The notes beneath the pieces were generated by a model that saw only the letters and a program-made list of their open reading frames with translations, was not told where the DNA came from and did no database searches. 36,425 bases of DNA from a virus (taxonomy: Duplodnaviria; Caudoviricetes). A program made the translations under genes and the position numbers. Shown one piece after another: positions 24,740 through 34,847 of this stretch (positions within the stretch are counted from its first letter, which is position 1; each line of letters opens with the position of its first letter). The stretch is taken from positions 1-36,425 of IMG/VR virus record IMGVR_UViG_3300044580_000030; one strand, written 5' to 3'.

Positions 24740-27205
24740 TTAAAATCCTTCAATAATCAAAAACCCTGTTGAATTGCTGCCCGTAACCGTAACGCTTGTG
24801 GTTGTAAGAGACGTTACAAGCGACGTCGGTAACCCGCTTGTTTGAAGTACTACGGGCGTATAAGTAAATGCCTTAGGAAACGTCCAACTTGCAGTGCCAT
24901 TGAACGCATTGCAATAGATAATTACCTTCTTATAGCTACCCCCGTCGAACGGCATTACAAATTGTGCGCTTCCTGATGTGCTGCCATTGACGGTCGATTT
25001 GCCCTTTTCCGTTGCAAAGCTGCCGTATGTCTTAACTTGCCTCATTGAAGTGTTACCCAACATTACCTGATAACTCGTATCTGCAACTGCTCCACTGCCA
25101 AGCTCAACGCTGCTTGTCCTATCTACGTCACGAGTAAGAGAGAACGTCCCCGAACCAGCCGAACTTATTGTCCCATCGGTTAATTCCAAAGTGTTGGCGT
25201 CGATAATCTTGAAGAAGTAAATTCCGTTGTTGACTAACCCTCCCGGAGCTGTGCCAGATACAACTTTAAACTTCAAATTGATATAGCTGTTTGCGCTTCC
25301 AAAACCATGTGAAGTTATTGTTATGCGGCTGTTTGATGTGTTTACGTTTGCGTCGGTAAATGTTTTGGTCGTATAAGGAGCTTCGATGAACCTTGCTACA
25401 GGATAGGTTATACCTCCAATAGTTACCCTACTTGGCCAGTTGTTGTACATGTGTGCTCGTTTGCCTATGCCAACTGATGAGTGTGCAGTGCTTGCATTGT
25501 GGTATCCTGCATAGTATCCGATAAGGTCTAATGTGTCTGCTTTGTTGTGGTATGCTGCAATATTGCTAATTGCATTAACATATCCACCAGTGTTATAACT
25601 TGCAGCATAATATCCAATTGTGTTAACATGACTGCCAGTGTTATTATAAGCTGCAAATCCACCAAATGCATTAACATATATGCCAGAATTGTTTTCTGCA
25701 GCAAGATATCCAAATGCATTAACATATCCACCAGTGTTATAACTTGCAGCATGCCTGCCAATTGCATTAACATAACTTCCAGAATTACCTATTGCAGCAC
25801 CAATACCAATTGCATTAACAAAATCTTTTTTAATTCCTGTCGTATCTGTTGTTAATCTTCCTATTCCTATGGAAAAGGAACCATTTATCGAATTATAATA
25901 AGTTTCCAATAACGATTTGCTTGTGCTCGTATTATCAATAATTACTCTCTTATACCCGCTTCCCAATTCAGTCATAAGTGCTTTTCCTCCAAGAATACCA
26001 TTGAAGTATAACACACTATCTTTTGGCGTCGAAGCATATAACTGTAATCCTCCTTGCCCATTGAATTGTCCTTTCACTGCCGTTTGTCCATTATACTTCA
26101 CCGCCCCAACCGATATGCTACCTGCGGTCACAAGGTTTGCCGAATACAAGCTATCCGCTGCCTTCCTTGTCAATACCTTTGTCCTTGTTATCGTGTCAGA
26201 AACCTTCAGATACCGCAAGTCATTGTCTCGCCTGTTAGGATAGATACTATCTGCATGTACACCCCCACGATAAGCAAAGCCATTATTTGTGTTGATAATC
26301 AACGGTTGTAGCGTCCTTGCTGCATTCGTAAATCGAATAGCGGTCGAGGCGTCAACTCTCGGACGTATGGTTAACGTCGATGTCCTGCCGTCGAACTCGT
26401 GGTTATAGTTGGTCGTGTCGTTAACAACTCCACCAAGCCTGAACACCCCAACAGCCCTCGCACGCCCGTTGACTTCTAATTCGTGGTAGTTATTTATGTT
26501 CATTGCATTTACAGGGAAATAACTTATTATATTCTTACCTAATAAGAGCATTGAACCCTTATTTACACGATTAGTTGGTTGCTTACCACTTATATATGCA
26601 ACTGGTTCTATTGCACTGGCAGTTGTATATTGAGCAAAAGTAAAACCAGCATTTTGTGAAATATGAGTATTTGTACTAGCAAAGGTTGCAGACCCTGAAC
26701 AACATTGATAATTCCCAAGAAAAACTAATCCAGGTGAGTTGTTTCCTATTGCAGGTATATAACTATTACCATATTGATCGGAATTGTCCCCGTTTAAATA
26801 TAAGTTGTAAACATTGCTATTTGGTGTAGTTACAATTCTAATATTTTCAACACCCTGTATGCTATCCGATGTTGCAAACCACGCTACCTGCCCAGCTGCA
26901 CCAGCGCCTTTTATTCTGTTGGCTGTCTTTGTAAGATATAAGCTATCAGTTACCTTCCTTGTCATTAGCTTTGTTCTTGTTACCGTATCGGCCAGCTTCA
27001 AATACAAGCTATCCGTAGCCTTGCGGGTCATGAGCTTTGTCCTCGTTGCCGTGTCCGATGGTTGTATGCCTCCAATATTCCTTGCGCTTACCCATTTAGC
27101 AGGTATACTACCGATCGCCTTCAAATAGATACTATCCGCTACATACCGCTGACCGTAAACGTTTATGCTAAAAAATGCAAGCGTTATTATTATAATTCTT
27201 CTCAT
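24740..27205 (-). CDS. Fibre/adhesin-like repeat protein with a signal-peptide-like N-terminus
   Basis: [19 protein letters not shown]; three TRTKxxTRKxxDSLY repeats; about six to seven 16-aa VNAxGxxAAxxNxG repeats; Thr/Ser-rich fibre-type C-terminus. Confidence 0.7.
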   Translation of the reverse strand: MRRIIIITLAFFSINVYGQRYVADSIYLKAIGSIPAKWVSARNIGGIQPSDTATRTKLMTRKATDSLYLKLADTVTRTKLMTRKVTDSLYLTKTANRIKGAGAAGQVAWFATSDSIQGVENIRIVTTPNSNVYNLYLNGDNSDQYGNSYIPAIGNNSPGLVFLGNYQCCSGSATFASTNTHISQNAGFTFAQYTTASAIEPVAYISGKQPTNRVNKGSMLLLGKNIISYFPVNAMNINNYHELEVNGRARAVGVFRLGGVVNDTTNYNHEFDGRTSTLTIRPRVDASTAIRFTNAARTLQPLIINTNNGFAYRGGVHADSIYPNRRDNDLRYLKVSDTITRTKVLTRKAADSLYSANLVTAGSISVGAVKYNGQTAVKGQFNGQGGLQLYASTPKDSVLYFNGILGGKALMTELGSGYKRVIIDNTSTSKSLLETYYNSINGSFSIGIGRLTTDTTGIKKDFVNAIGIGAAIGNSGSYVNAIGRHAASYNTGGYVNAFGYLAAENNSGIYVNAFGGFAAYNNTGSHVNTIGYYAASYNTGGYVNAISNIAAYHNKADTLDLIGYYAGYHNASTAHSSVGIGKRAHMYNNWPSRVTIGGITYPVARFIEAPYTTKTFTDANVNTSNSRITITSHGFGSANSYINLKFKVVSGTAPGGLVNNGIYFFKIIDANTLELTDGTISSAGSGTFSLTRDVDRTSSVELGSGAVADTSYQVMLGNTSMRQVKTYGSFATEKGKSTVNGSTSGSAQFVMPFDGGSYKKVIIYCNAFNGTASWTFPKAFTYTPVVLQTSGLPTSLVTSLTTTSVTVTGSNSTGFLIIEGF
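25520..25822. repeat. 48-bp-period coding tandem repeats (beta-solenoid)
   Basis: tgcattaacatatccaccagtgttataacttgcagcat occurs at 25571 and 25715 (3 x 48 apart). Confidence 0.85.
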
Positions 27206-27621
27206 TGCCATATATTTTTTATGTAATAAACATTTATATCAACATTCCCGCCCGTAATAGCTACATCAATCGTGTAGCTATTGATTTTATTACGGTTAAT
27301 AACCAACTCGAAACAACTATTTGAACCTATTTCGAACGAACCAAAGTCAAACTCACTATCGCTACTATTTATAGTTGCAGTTACTTGCACGGCTCCAGCG
27401 TTTCGAATATCAATCGAAATTAACTTCGAATTGGCAGGTATTTCAAACTGCCGAAAATTAACCCCCCTTGCCTTATCCACTACCGTGATGCCATAACTTG
27501 AGCAAAAGCGCCCAAACTCTATGTTGTACGCCCCTGTTAAGCCAGGAATACCTACCGCAATTCTATCGTTATCAGTTAACGTTGACTTTAGCGGCTGGTT
27601 GAACAACTCTTTATTAGGCAT
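27202..27621 (-). CDS. Putative structural protein; N-terminus resembles that of 547..1158
   Basis: KELFNQP..NDRIAVG versus KKLFEQP..ENRIAFG. Confidence 0.5.
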   Translation of the reverse strand: MPNKELFNQPLKSTLTDNDRIAVGIPGLTGAYNIEFGRFCSSYGITVVDKARGVNFRQFEIPANSKLISIDIRNAGAVQVTATINSSDSEFDFGSFEIGSNSCFELVINRNKINSYTIDVAITGGNVDINVYYIKNIWQ

Positions 27622-27622
27622 G

Positions 27623-28135
27623 TCAGTACCTCCTCAATGTCGTTACGATTGGTTTGATTGTCTTACGACTCTCTGCCGTACAATAGTAAGAATAATTATC
27701 GGCATGGTCGATTATGTATTGCTCGACTTTTGCCCACTCGTCCATAGCATATTGCCGTGCTTCATCGGATAATTGTTTAATATACCCATCCTGCGCTCTG
27801 TCGGCATAATCTGACTTCTGCATTACCGCACCCGTGTAACTCTCGATTACCTGGGAGCGATATAACCACTTGCTGTAATTGATGTAAGCGATAACCGTCT
27901 GTAAGCCATTATGTACATATTTCCTGCCGTTAACTGTCCAACTATCGCCAGCAATTAGCTTCATATACTTCTCATCGGCAATATTGTCGAGCATGTCGTT
28001 ATACATTGCATCGCCCAGTAGCTTGCGAATTTCGAACTGCTGCACCTCGAACGATAGTTGTTCGAATTTGTCAACATCGTCGACTACAACTGTTTTTATA
28101 GTTTGCTGTATAGTTAGTGTTACTATCGGCGTCAT
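27623..28135 (-). CDS. Putative head-tail adaptor
   Basis: Directly downstream of the portal; EIRKLLGDAMY, GLQTVIAY. Confidence 0.55.
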   Translation of the reverse strand: MTPIVTLTIQQTIKTVVVDDVDKFEQLSFEVQQFEIRKLLGDAMYNDMLDNIADEKYMKLIAGDSWTVNGRKYVHNGLQTVIAYINYSKWLYRSQVIESYTGAVMQKSDYADRAQDGYIKQLSDEARQYAMDEWAKVEQYIIDHADNYSYYCTAESRKTIKPIVTTLRRY

Positions 28136-29277
28136 AGCTGTAATGGTTTAATTGTCCAGTCATTATTTTCTTGCAATGTAGGGTTGTCAAAGTCCTGCAG
28201 CAAGCTAACTATCCAGTTTTGGAAGTTTGTCCGTAGCTCCGACGTTATTGCGTTGTAATAGTTGACAGCTTGTGTCAACGCTTCACCGCTCGTTGTGCCC
28301 ATCTTACTTTCATCATACTCGATAAGTAATTGCGGAATAGCAAAGAACGCCTTACGAATACGGTTAACCAGCAGCGGCTCCAACTTATCAAATATCTCTG
28401 GCGTTATGGCGTTGGGTATTTTGTCGATTTTGAAATTCTTGTCCGAAATTACACCCGTCTCATCGACATCGTCCTCGATAATCATTACCGGGTCGCCGTC
28501 GGAAGAAACCAATTGTCTAAGCGCTTCCTTGAGCTCCTCCCTGGCCCTGTCATCAGGTTGCGGCGAAACCCTAAAGATTACTTTCTCGAGCATGCCGTTT
28601 CGAAAAATATTATCTCGCAGTTGCCCAACACCAAACTCTGCGTCGACATCGTGAAATACACTGTCGATTTGCGACAGGGGATAAAGATATTCATCTTCGT
28701 TGAAGAAGAAATCAATCTGCCCACCAAATCGTTCAATTCCTCCAGCTGCCTCTACTCGTTTGGCAAATACAGTCAGGTTAGGCGAATAAATCGGGTAAAC
28801 ACGAATTTTCTCCCGTTCAAACTTGGCAGTTTTCTCCCAATTATCATAAACATGAATGTAAGACGTGTAGCCTAAGTCGTCAACCTTCCCAAATCGGCAA
28901 TTCTTGAACGGAACATACGTCAATTCCTTTATCGCTCCTACAACATTCTGCGCAACATGAACGTAGCAGCCATTATGCTTCGCAATGTCGCCAGCAAGCA
29001 ACGTCATCAACTTCATTACTGTTACCTCACGCCCTCGTAAATCGTAGCCAACAACAATGTTATTTACCTCTTCGTTGAATCCTTTCCCGACGATGAACGA
29101 ACGCAATATCCGTGAGCATGAGCGAGCAGTAACCGATGCATTGATTAACCGCTCAGTCAATTGCGGATAATCATTGTTGTCGCCAAACTGCATTACACCG
29201 TTACTATTGCCGGGGGCAATGCTTCTATTGAGTTTGACTTTTAACCTGGTCCAAATGTCGACAATCGATAGCTTCAT
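28132..29277 (-). CDS. Portal protein
   Basis: QFGDNNDYPQ, GKGF, RFGK, YLYPL, FRNGM; size and motifs typical of Bacteroidota phage portals. Confidence 0.72.
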   Translation of the reverse strand: MKLSIVDIWTRLKVKLNRSIAPGNSNGVMQFGDNNDYPQLTERLINASVTARSCSRILRSFIVGKGFNEEVNNIVVGYDLRGREVTVMKLMTLLAGDIAKHNGCYVHVAQNVVGAIKELTYVPFKNCRFGKVDDLGYTSYIHVYDNWEKTAKFEREKIRVYPIYSPNLTVFAKRVEAAGGIERFGGQIDFFFNEDEYLYPLSQIDSVFHDVDAEFGVGQLRDNIFRNGMLEKVIFRVSPQPDDRAREELKEALRQLVSSDGDPVMIIEDDVDETGVISDKNFKIDKIPNAITPEIFDKLEPLLVNRIRKAFFAIPQLLIEYDESKMGTTSGEALTQAVNYYNAITSELRTNFQNWIVSLLQDFDNPTLQENNDWTIKPLQL

Positions 29278-29708
29278 TTGCTATTTTTTTTGACTTGTGG
29301 TTTCGTTTGTTTGGGTTTTGTTTCCTCAATCAATTCAATCGTATCGTCTTTCGGCTCTTCGGGTAATTTTTCAAAGTCTTTTTCGGTCAAATACCCATTC
29401 TTTAATGCCGATAGCGCTTGTTCGTCGGTTATTGTCTCGCTATCGTATAACGCCCCTTTGACATACTTAACGCCGACCCATTTGGGTTTGCAAGTTCTGT
29501 TCTTCATTGTCTGATAATTTTTGTTTAACTTTTCATAGTTATTGACTATCTGATAGTAATAATCACGCAAACAACTATTGCATATTGCCGGTTGCCCTCC
29601 GCCAAGAAGCAAGGCACTGGCCAATATAAGAAGAGAGCGAAGCGCCACAGGGTCGCCAAGCACCTCATCAACGCTAAGCTCTCTTATCTTATTGTAATGA
29701 TCCTCCAT
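29274..29708 (-). CDS. Hypothetical protein (CxxC)
   Basis: 144 aa, ICNSC; between the tail-tube-like gene and the portal. Confidence 0.55.
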   Translation of the reverse strand: MEDHYNKIRELSVDEVLGDPVALRSLLILASALLLGGGQPAICNSCLRDYYYQIVNNYEKLNKNYQTMKNRTCKPKWVGVKYVKGALYDSETITDEQALSALKNGYLTEKDFEKLPEEPKDDTIELIEETKPKQTKPQVKKNSK

Positions 29709-29721
29709 TGCCGTTAAGTGG

Positions 29722-30294
29722 TTAAGTGGTCAAGCCTTCAAGCAATGACTTCGTTGTTGCGTAATCAGTTGAGAAGACAACCCATGCAGGGTAAGGTTCT
29801 TCGTTGCCGCCAAGCGATTGAAGTTTAATCTTGCGACTTCCGGCGTCGGCATTCCAATCCTGTGTGTCTTCTGTTTTCCATAATCCGTTCTTCACGCCAT
29901 AAGCCAAGAACACACCTTCTCCGGTTGCAGTCTTTGCCTTTGTCTCAACGACTACGATAACATCGTTGAGGCCAGTTAAGTTAAGCATCGCATCGGCCGA
30001 CATCTCGAAGCCCTCGAACGAAACATACTGGCTAAACAAGTCAGGTCTGTTATCGGACACAACAATCGTGTGCCCTGCGTTGATACCCTTCTTGTATGCC
30101 TGAATCTTATAAGCATATTTGCCCGCTGCAAGCGTAATGCCAGCAATCTCGTTCGGAGTCGTTGCCGAAAAGGTTAGCGAAGCATCACGGCGATTGATGA
30201 CGTATGCCGTTGCTTCTAAGCCTCCTGTGTGAGCCGTTGTGCAATTGCTGACAATCGCTTGAAATATTCCATCTGTACAACTTCCTGCTGCCAT
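29722..30294 (-). CDS. Putative major tail (tube) / structural protein
   Basis: N-terminal C..C..GG motif, beta-rich, YGVKNGL; follows the capsid gene. Confidence 0.55.
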   Translation of the reverse strand: MAAGSCTDGIFQAIVSNCTTAHTGGLEATAYVINRRDASLTFSATTPNEIAGITLAAGKYAYKIQAYKKGINAGHTIVVSDNRPDLFSQYVSFEGFEMSADAMLNLTGLNDVIVVVETKAKTATGEGVFLAYGVKNGLWKTEDTQDWNADAGSRKIKLQSLGGNEEPYPAWVVFSTDYATTKSLLEGLTT

Positions 30295-30313
30295 AGTTTT
30301 TCAGTTTTACTCG

Positions 30314-31399
30314 TTAAAAAGCAACTGCAATCAAATCTTCATCAAGCACTTTGCAGTCAACCCTATAGGCAAAGTCGATGAAGTGCTTCTTGCTTACCCT
30401 GTCGTAGAAGCTATCAAGCCTTGTTAAGCTTTCCTCATCAGACGTGCCAATAGGTATGGTGTTAATGTCTGCAAGTATAGCCCGATGTGGTAGATGATAG
30501 GTTGTACCATTGTCAAAATAGGTCTTGATTATCCTATCCCAATCTGGCCGCACAATGATTGGTATGCCTCGATAGCTCCACCGAGTAACATTACCTTGCT
30601 CAGCACGGGTAAGAGTGAAGCCAAGCGACTGAGATTCAAGGTAATCAACCCAATTATTGAATAACGAACGGGTGCATTGGATAACAAGATTGCCACCGTC
30701 AAAAGCCTCAGCCGGTATATTACCGTACAATGCCCGAAAAACCTTCAATGCGGCATCGGCTGCCAAGTTCAGCTGTGCTGTCTTATCTTCTCCGGCGTTC
30801 TCAGAAATAGTGTAACGATAAATCATGTTGTTCGGCGCAAGTGCTGCATCTGCTTCAATTTGTGCCCACATGCCATCAATAACGTTGAAGTAAGCCTTAT
30901 CCGTGCCCGAAGTCAAATTCTCGTCACCGGTATCATCGCCAACGGGCGAATGATTTGTACCTGCGAACTCAGTTATACGGATAATGCTTTCTTTCACGGC
31001 TTCCAATGCCCTATCTTCAACGAATGCAGCTGCTTCATTATCAATGCCTTCCCAAAGGTTGGCTGCAATTCTGTTCTTTTTCCACAATTTTAGCAGATTA
31101 GGCACATCAGCCTCGCAATGTTCAATTCTACCGCTTATCAGCTTAGGAGTCCATTGCTTCTGGCTTACAGGTATACCCGTTGTAATGCTATTCACATTAC
31201 AGCCACCAGGGTCGGCTTTCCCAACAAGGCCAAGACGTCCAAAGATAGGTATATACCTGTCCATGTCGACGCCCGTCTGCACATTGTGCACTTCGGTCAG
31301 GTCAGGCGACAGAAAAGCACGCTTAAACACTGCCTGAGATGTCTCTCTTGCCTCATCGCTGTTAAGCGTCAGTAAGCTATAATCAATAATACTTGCCAT
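30314..31399 (-). CDS. Major capsid protein
   Basis: 361 aa directly after the protease/scaffold; FNVIDGMW, YRGIPI. Confidence 0.75.
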   Translation of the reverse strand: MASIIDYSLLTLNSDEARETSQAVFKRAFLSPDLTEVHNVQTGVDMDRYIPIFGRLGLVGKADPGGCNVNSITTGIPVSQKQWTPKLISGRIEHCEADVPNLLKLWKKNRIAANLWEGIDNEAAAFVEDRALEAVKESIIRITEFAGTNHSPVGDDTGDENLTSGTDKAYFNVIDGMWAQIEADAALAPNNMIYRYTISENAGEDKTAQLNLAADAALKVFRALYGNIPAEAFDGGNLVIQCTRSLFNNWVDYLESQSLGFTLTRAEQGNVTRWSYRGIPIIVRPDWDRIIKTYFDNGTTYHLPHRAILADINTIPIGTSDEESLTRLDSFYDRVSKKHFIDFAYRVDCKVLDEDLIAVAF

Positions 31400-31411
31400 A
31401 GTCTTGATTTT

Positions 31412-32452
31412 TTAAATGTTAAACTTTTTTACGATTTTTTTCTGCTCATTGGTGTCGCTGGCAGGGTTGTTATTGAATTTCTGCCCAACGTACACAGCCT
31501 TGATTTTCGCAATTTCTTTCCTCAGTTCCGTTACCTCTGCCCGCAACTTCTTATTTTCTTCATAAGCCTCCGTGATAATCGTTGCAAGCTGTTCCAATTG
31601 CTGCTCTTGTGCCTGTTGCTGTCCTTCATCTTGCTGCTGCTGCAAGGGTTGGACGTCAATAAGCACGCCGTTCTCGAACGTCAATACCTGCCCAAGCTGT
31701 TCAATAGCAAATTGCCCGTTTGCCGGCTGCCCGTCTACCGTCGCCGTAACGCCAATCACTATTTCTGCTAGGTCAGTAATGTCACCAAAGTCAAGCTCCT
31801 TTCCGTTCACGTCGGAAAGCACAATAGCTTTGACTTTGAATTTGCTGGCCAACATCTTTACCAGCTTCTCAATGCTCGATAATTTCTCTTTTTCCATCTT
31901 TTTATCTATTTTAGTGAATGCCACAGCCTTCCATGCAGGTTTTTGTGCCGTTAACTGTTCATTGGTTATCTTCGCAAACCCCAACGCCTCGATATCGCCT
32001 GCTTCCATGAATATTTCCGAATCCATGTATGACTTCAGAATTTCTGCGCTTGCGTTCGTTCGTGAAGCATACAAGGCAATCAATCGCTTCTCAATGTCCT
32101 TCAGTATCTTTGCCCGCTCAATTAGTTCTCGTGCGTTGCCTGCTGTTTCTGTCCATGGGTTGTGAATCATAAAGCTGCCAAGTGTAGGATTGAAATATCT
32201 TTCGTCAGGCACAAGGAAAATCCCAACTGCAGCACTCATAACATCGCCGATATTCTTCGCAATCATCTGTGCCTTTGCCTTATATTCGTTTAGCAAGTCA
32301 ATTATCGCAAACGATTCGTCCACCTCACCGCCGGGTGAGTTGACAAGAACAGTAATCGTGTCGCCTTCCTTCCAGTTGAGCAATTGCTTGGCAACGGTCA
32401 CCCTTGTGACTTCCTCGCCAATTATGCCCTCGATTTTTACCTGTATATCCAT
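31412..32452 (-). CDS. ClpP-like head maturation protease with a C-terminal scaffold
   Basis: VNSPGGEV, MSAA (catalytic Ser), FMIHNPW, C-terminal coiled coil. Confidence 0.88.
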   Translation of the reverse strand: MDIQVKIEGIIGEEVTRVTVAKQLLNWKEGDTITVLVNSPGGEVDESFAIIDLLNEYKAKAQMIAKNIGDVMSAAVGIFLVPDERYFNPTLGSFMIHNPWTETAGNARELIERAKILKDIEKRLIALYASRTNASAEILKSYMDSEIFMEAGDIEALGFAKITNEQLTAQKPAWKAVAFTKIDKKMEKEKLSSIEKLVKMLASKFKVKAIVLSDVNGKELDFGDITDLAEIVIGVTATVDGQPANGQFAIEQLGQVLTFENGVLIDVQPLQQQQDEGQQQAQEQQLEQLATIITEAYEENKKLRAEVTELRKEIAKIKAVYVGQKFNNNPASDTNEQKKIVKKFNI

Positions 32453-32468
32453 GCCTATAATTTTTGTA

Positions 32469-32476
32469 CAAATTTA
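32469..32476 (-). promoter_or_regulatory. -7 box TAAATTTG for the head operon
   Basis: TAnnTTTG 16 nt upstream of the protease ATG. Confidence 0.65.
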
Positions 32477-32502
32477 CGTGCGCAAAATCAATGTTATCAA
32501 TC

Positions 32503-34845
32503 TTATAGCACTTGCGTTGCGCTTCGCTTGCTTATCTGTGATTGTTTGGCCGTTACATCGTCAATCACCAGCACTGGCTGCAGGTTAATTCTTGCCAGCT
32601 GCTCAGTTATAGACATACCTACGTTATTGGCCGTCTGTCTTGCGACTAATCCTGCACCTGTCTGCCCTGCAATGTTCTGATTTATCGCTTCGGCCGTTTG
32701 CGTAGCTGCTGTTGCTGTCGGAGCTGTAGCGCTCAACGATGATTTGCCTGCTCCTCCTCCATCCTCCGGTAGTCCGCTCTTTGTTGCCCATATTTCACTT
32801 ACCGCTTTAGCGCCTGCTGCTATCACAAGCGCTGCGTTTGCTGCACCTATAATTTGCCCGCCGGGGGGCGGTATAACCTGTGCAGCCGCAAATGCCGATT
32901 GCGCTCCTTTAATTGTCTCAACCACCGTCTGTGCACTTGCTGCCATCTTGCCTGCAATGGTAGCCTTACCGAACAATCGAGCTACGTTCGTAGCAAAGCT
33001 GCTTACAAGCTCCATCTTGGCGTTAAATTCCTGTACGGCAATGTCTCGCTGAAATTTTGCATATTTCTTTTCTATGAGTGTCTTGTCCGCTCCTGTCTTA
33101 TCTGCTGCTGCAAGCTCCATCTGCCGGCGACGCTCAAGGTCCTGGCGGATAAGCTCGAAATACTTTGCTTCATTGTCGTTGTATTGCGCAAGTCGATTCT
33201 GGAAGTTTTCTTCCTCAACCTGCAACTGCTCCATCGCATAGCGATTCTCAAGCTCGGCCACCTGCGCATTATAGCTATCGATAAGGTCGTATTTCTTTAT
33301 CAGGTACTCCTCTTCCTTCATATTGGTCATCGTGCGCTGCATCTCAAGCGCTCCAAGCTCCTGCGCATGTATGGCGTCAAGTCTATCTTTTTCCGCTTGT
33401 AGCATCTCGGCAGTCATTGCCTGCCTGTCGCTTATCAGTGTCTTATGTTGTCGCCTGTACAGCTCGATTTCAAGCTGCATTTGTTTCAGAAGCTCGTCTA
33501 TTTCCTTTTGCTTCCTTTCAACCGCCTGCTTTGTCAACTTCTCTTCCGCTGCTGCTTCCTCTTGCTTCATTTTCATAAGCTCTTCCCGACGCTTCTTCTC
33601 TGCCTCGTGCCTTTGCCTTTCTTTCTCGGCTGCCTTGTCAGCCAGCTCGTCCATCTTGTTTTGTACCTTTTCCCTAATTTTTATGCTCTCATTTTCGATG
33701 TCAAGCAACTTCATCTGTTTGTCGATGAAGTTTTTTACTTCCTCGTCGTTGATGGTCTTTTTGTCTTGCATCTGCTTCAGGTACTCGGCGCCGCCTCGCT
33801 TTATCGTCTCAACATCAATCTTATGCTTATTTGCAATCATCTTTACCGTGTTGTCGTAATCAGCTTGCGCAAGAGCTAATCGCTCTTCATGCATCTTCTT
33901 CTCAAGGTCAAGCGCCTGCTGCATCAGCTCAATTCTCTGCTTCTCGGATAAGGTTCTGTTTTTTGACTTCAGTAACAACTCGTCAATCGCATTACCTGCT
34001 TCCTTCTCTTTTACGGCCATTACCTCCCATGCATCCTCGATGTCTTGTTGTTCTTTCTTTAGTTGTGCTGCTGCTTCGGCTGCATCTTTCATGTCTTTGC
34101 CCAGGCCCCTGAAGACTTGCCCTAACGACTTCGCTCCGGTAATAAGTGCAACGACACTATCCTTAAGCACCGATAATGCAGCGCTTACAGCGGCCGCAGA
34201 TTGTTCAAGCCAGTCCATGAAGGGTTTAAAATTCTTAAGCGCATCGGCTAATAACTTTATGGCGCCTGTTATGGCTGCAATCAATAACCCGATAGGCGAC
34301 ATTAAGAACCGTAACATCTTTACATTCATCATATCAACCGCACCGCCGGCAATGCCAAAATTCTGGCTTATGTCTCTTAGGCCTAGACCCATCTCCTTCA
34401 TTGCATCGACATAACCGCCGACGCTCATTTTATTCTGTTTCAGTTTGTCTGAGTTTTCGAAGATAATCTTGTTGTTCTCGTTCAACTTGGCATTTATTTC
34501 CTCGTTGCGCTTTCGTCCTTCCTCTGTGGTAAGGTTAAGTTTCTTTTGTTCTTCACGTAACTTTGCGTTTTCAGCCTCAAGCTTCTGAATTGTTCCAATA
34601 GTGTCTTTTTGCGCAATAAGCAACTTTTTAAACACGTTTTCCGTGCTTCTAAGCTGTTCTTGCGTTCCTTTTAATTCGTTCGAGATAGTTATATATTCGT
34701 CCGATAATTCGCCCCCACTCTCCTTTGCCTCTTTTTGCGCTTCCTTCAACTCGGCAATGCGCTGCTTCAACGCTTTAATTTCTTCGATCATTGCGTTGGC
34801 ATCAAGGTTTAGCTCAAGAATCTTCAGTTTCTCTTTGTCTGCCAT
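32503..34845 (-). CDS. Tape measure protein
   Basis: 780 aa, long coiled coil, SVGGY, hydrophobic PIGLLIAAITGAI segment, Ala/Gly-rich C-terminus. Confidence 0.82.
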   Translation of the reverse strand: MADKEKLKILELNLDANAMIEEIKALKQRIAELKEAQKEAKESGGELSDEYITISNELKGTQEQLRSTENVFKKLLIAQKDTIGTIQKLEAENAKLREEQKKLNLTTEEGRKRNEEINAKLNENNKIIFENSDKLKQNKMSVGGYVDAMKEMGLGLRDISQNFGIAGGAVDMMNVKMLRFLMSPIGLLIAAITGAIKLLADALKNFKPFMDWLEQSAAAVSAALSVLKDSVVALITGAKSLGQVFRGLGKDMKDAAEAAAQLKKEQQDIEDAWEVMAVKEKEAGNAIDELLLKSKNRTLSEKQRIELMQQALDLEKKMHEERLALAQADYDNTVKMIANKHKIDVETIKRGGAEYLKQMQDKKTINDEEVKNFIDKQMKLLDIENESIKIREKVQNKMDELADKAAEKERQRHEAEKKRREELMKMKQEEAAAEEKLTKQAVERKQKEIDELLKQMQLEIELYRRQHKTLISDRQAMTAEMLQAEKDRLDAIHAQELGALEMQRTMTNMKEEEYLIKKYDLIDSYNAQVAELENRYAMEQLQVEEENFQNRLAQYNDNEAKYFELIRQDLERRRQMELAAADKTGADKTLIEKKYAKFQRDIAVQEFNAKMELVSSFATNVARLFGKATIAGKMAASAQTVVETIKGAQSAFAAAQVIPPPGGQIIGAANAALVIAAGAKAVSEIWATKSGLPEDGGGAGKSSLSATAPTATAATQTAEAINQNIAGQTGAGLVARQTANNVGMSITEQLARINLQPVLVIDDVTAKQSQISKRSATQVL

Positions 34846-34847
34846 AA

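Noticed and set aside
24740-27211. Diversity-generating retroelement targeting the fibre
   Set aside because: No reverse transcriptase and no adenine-specific TR/VR pair seen; repeats are ordinary coding repeats
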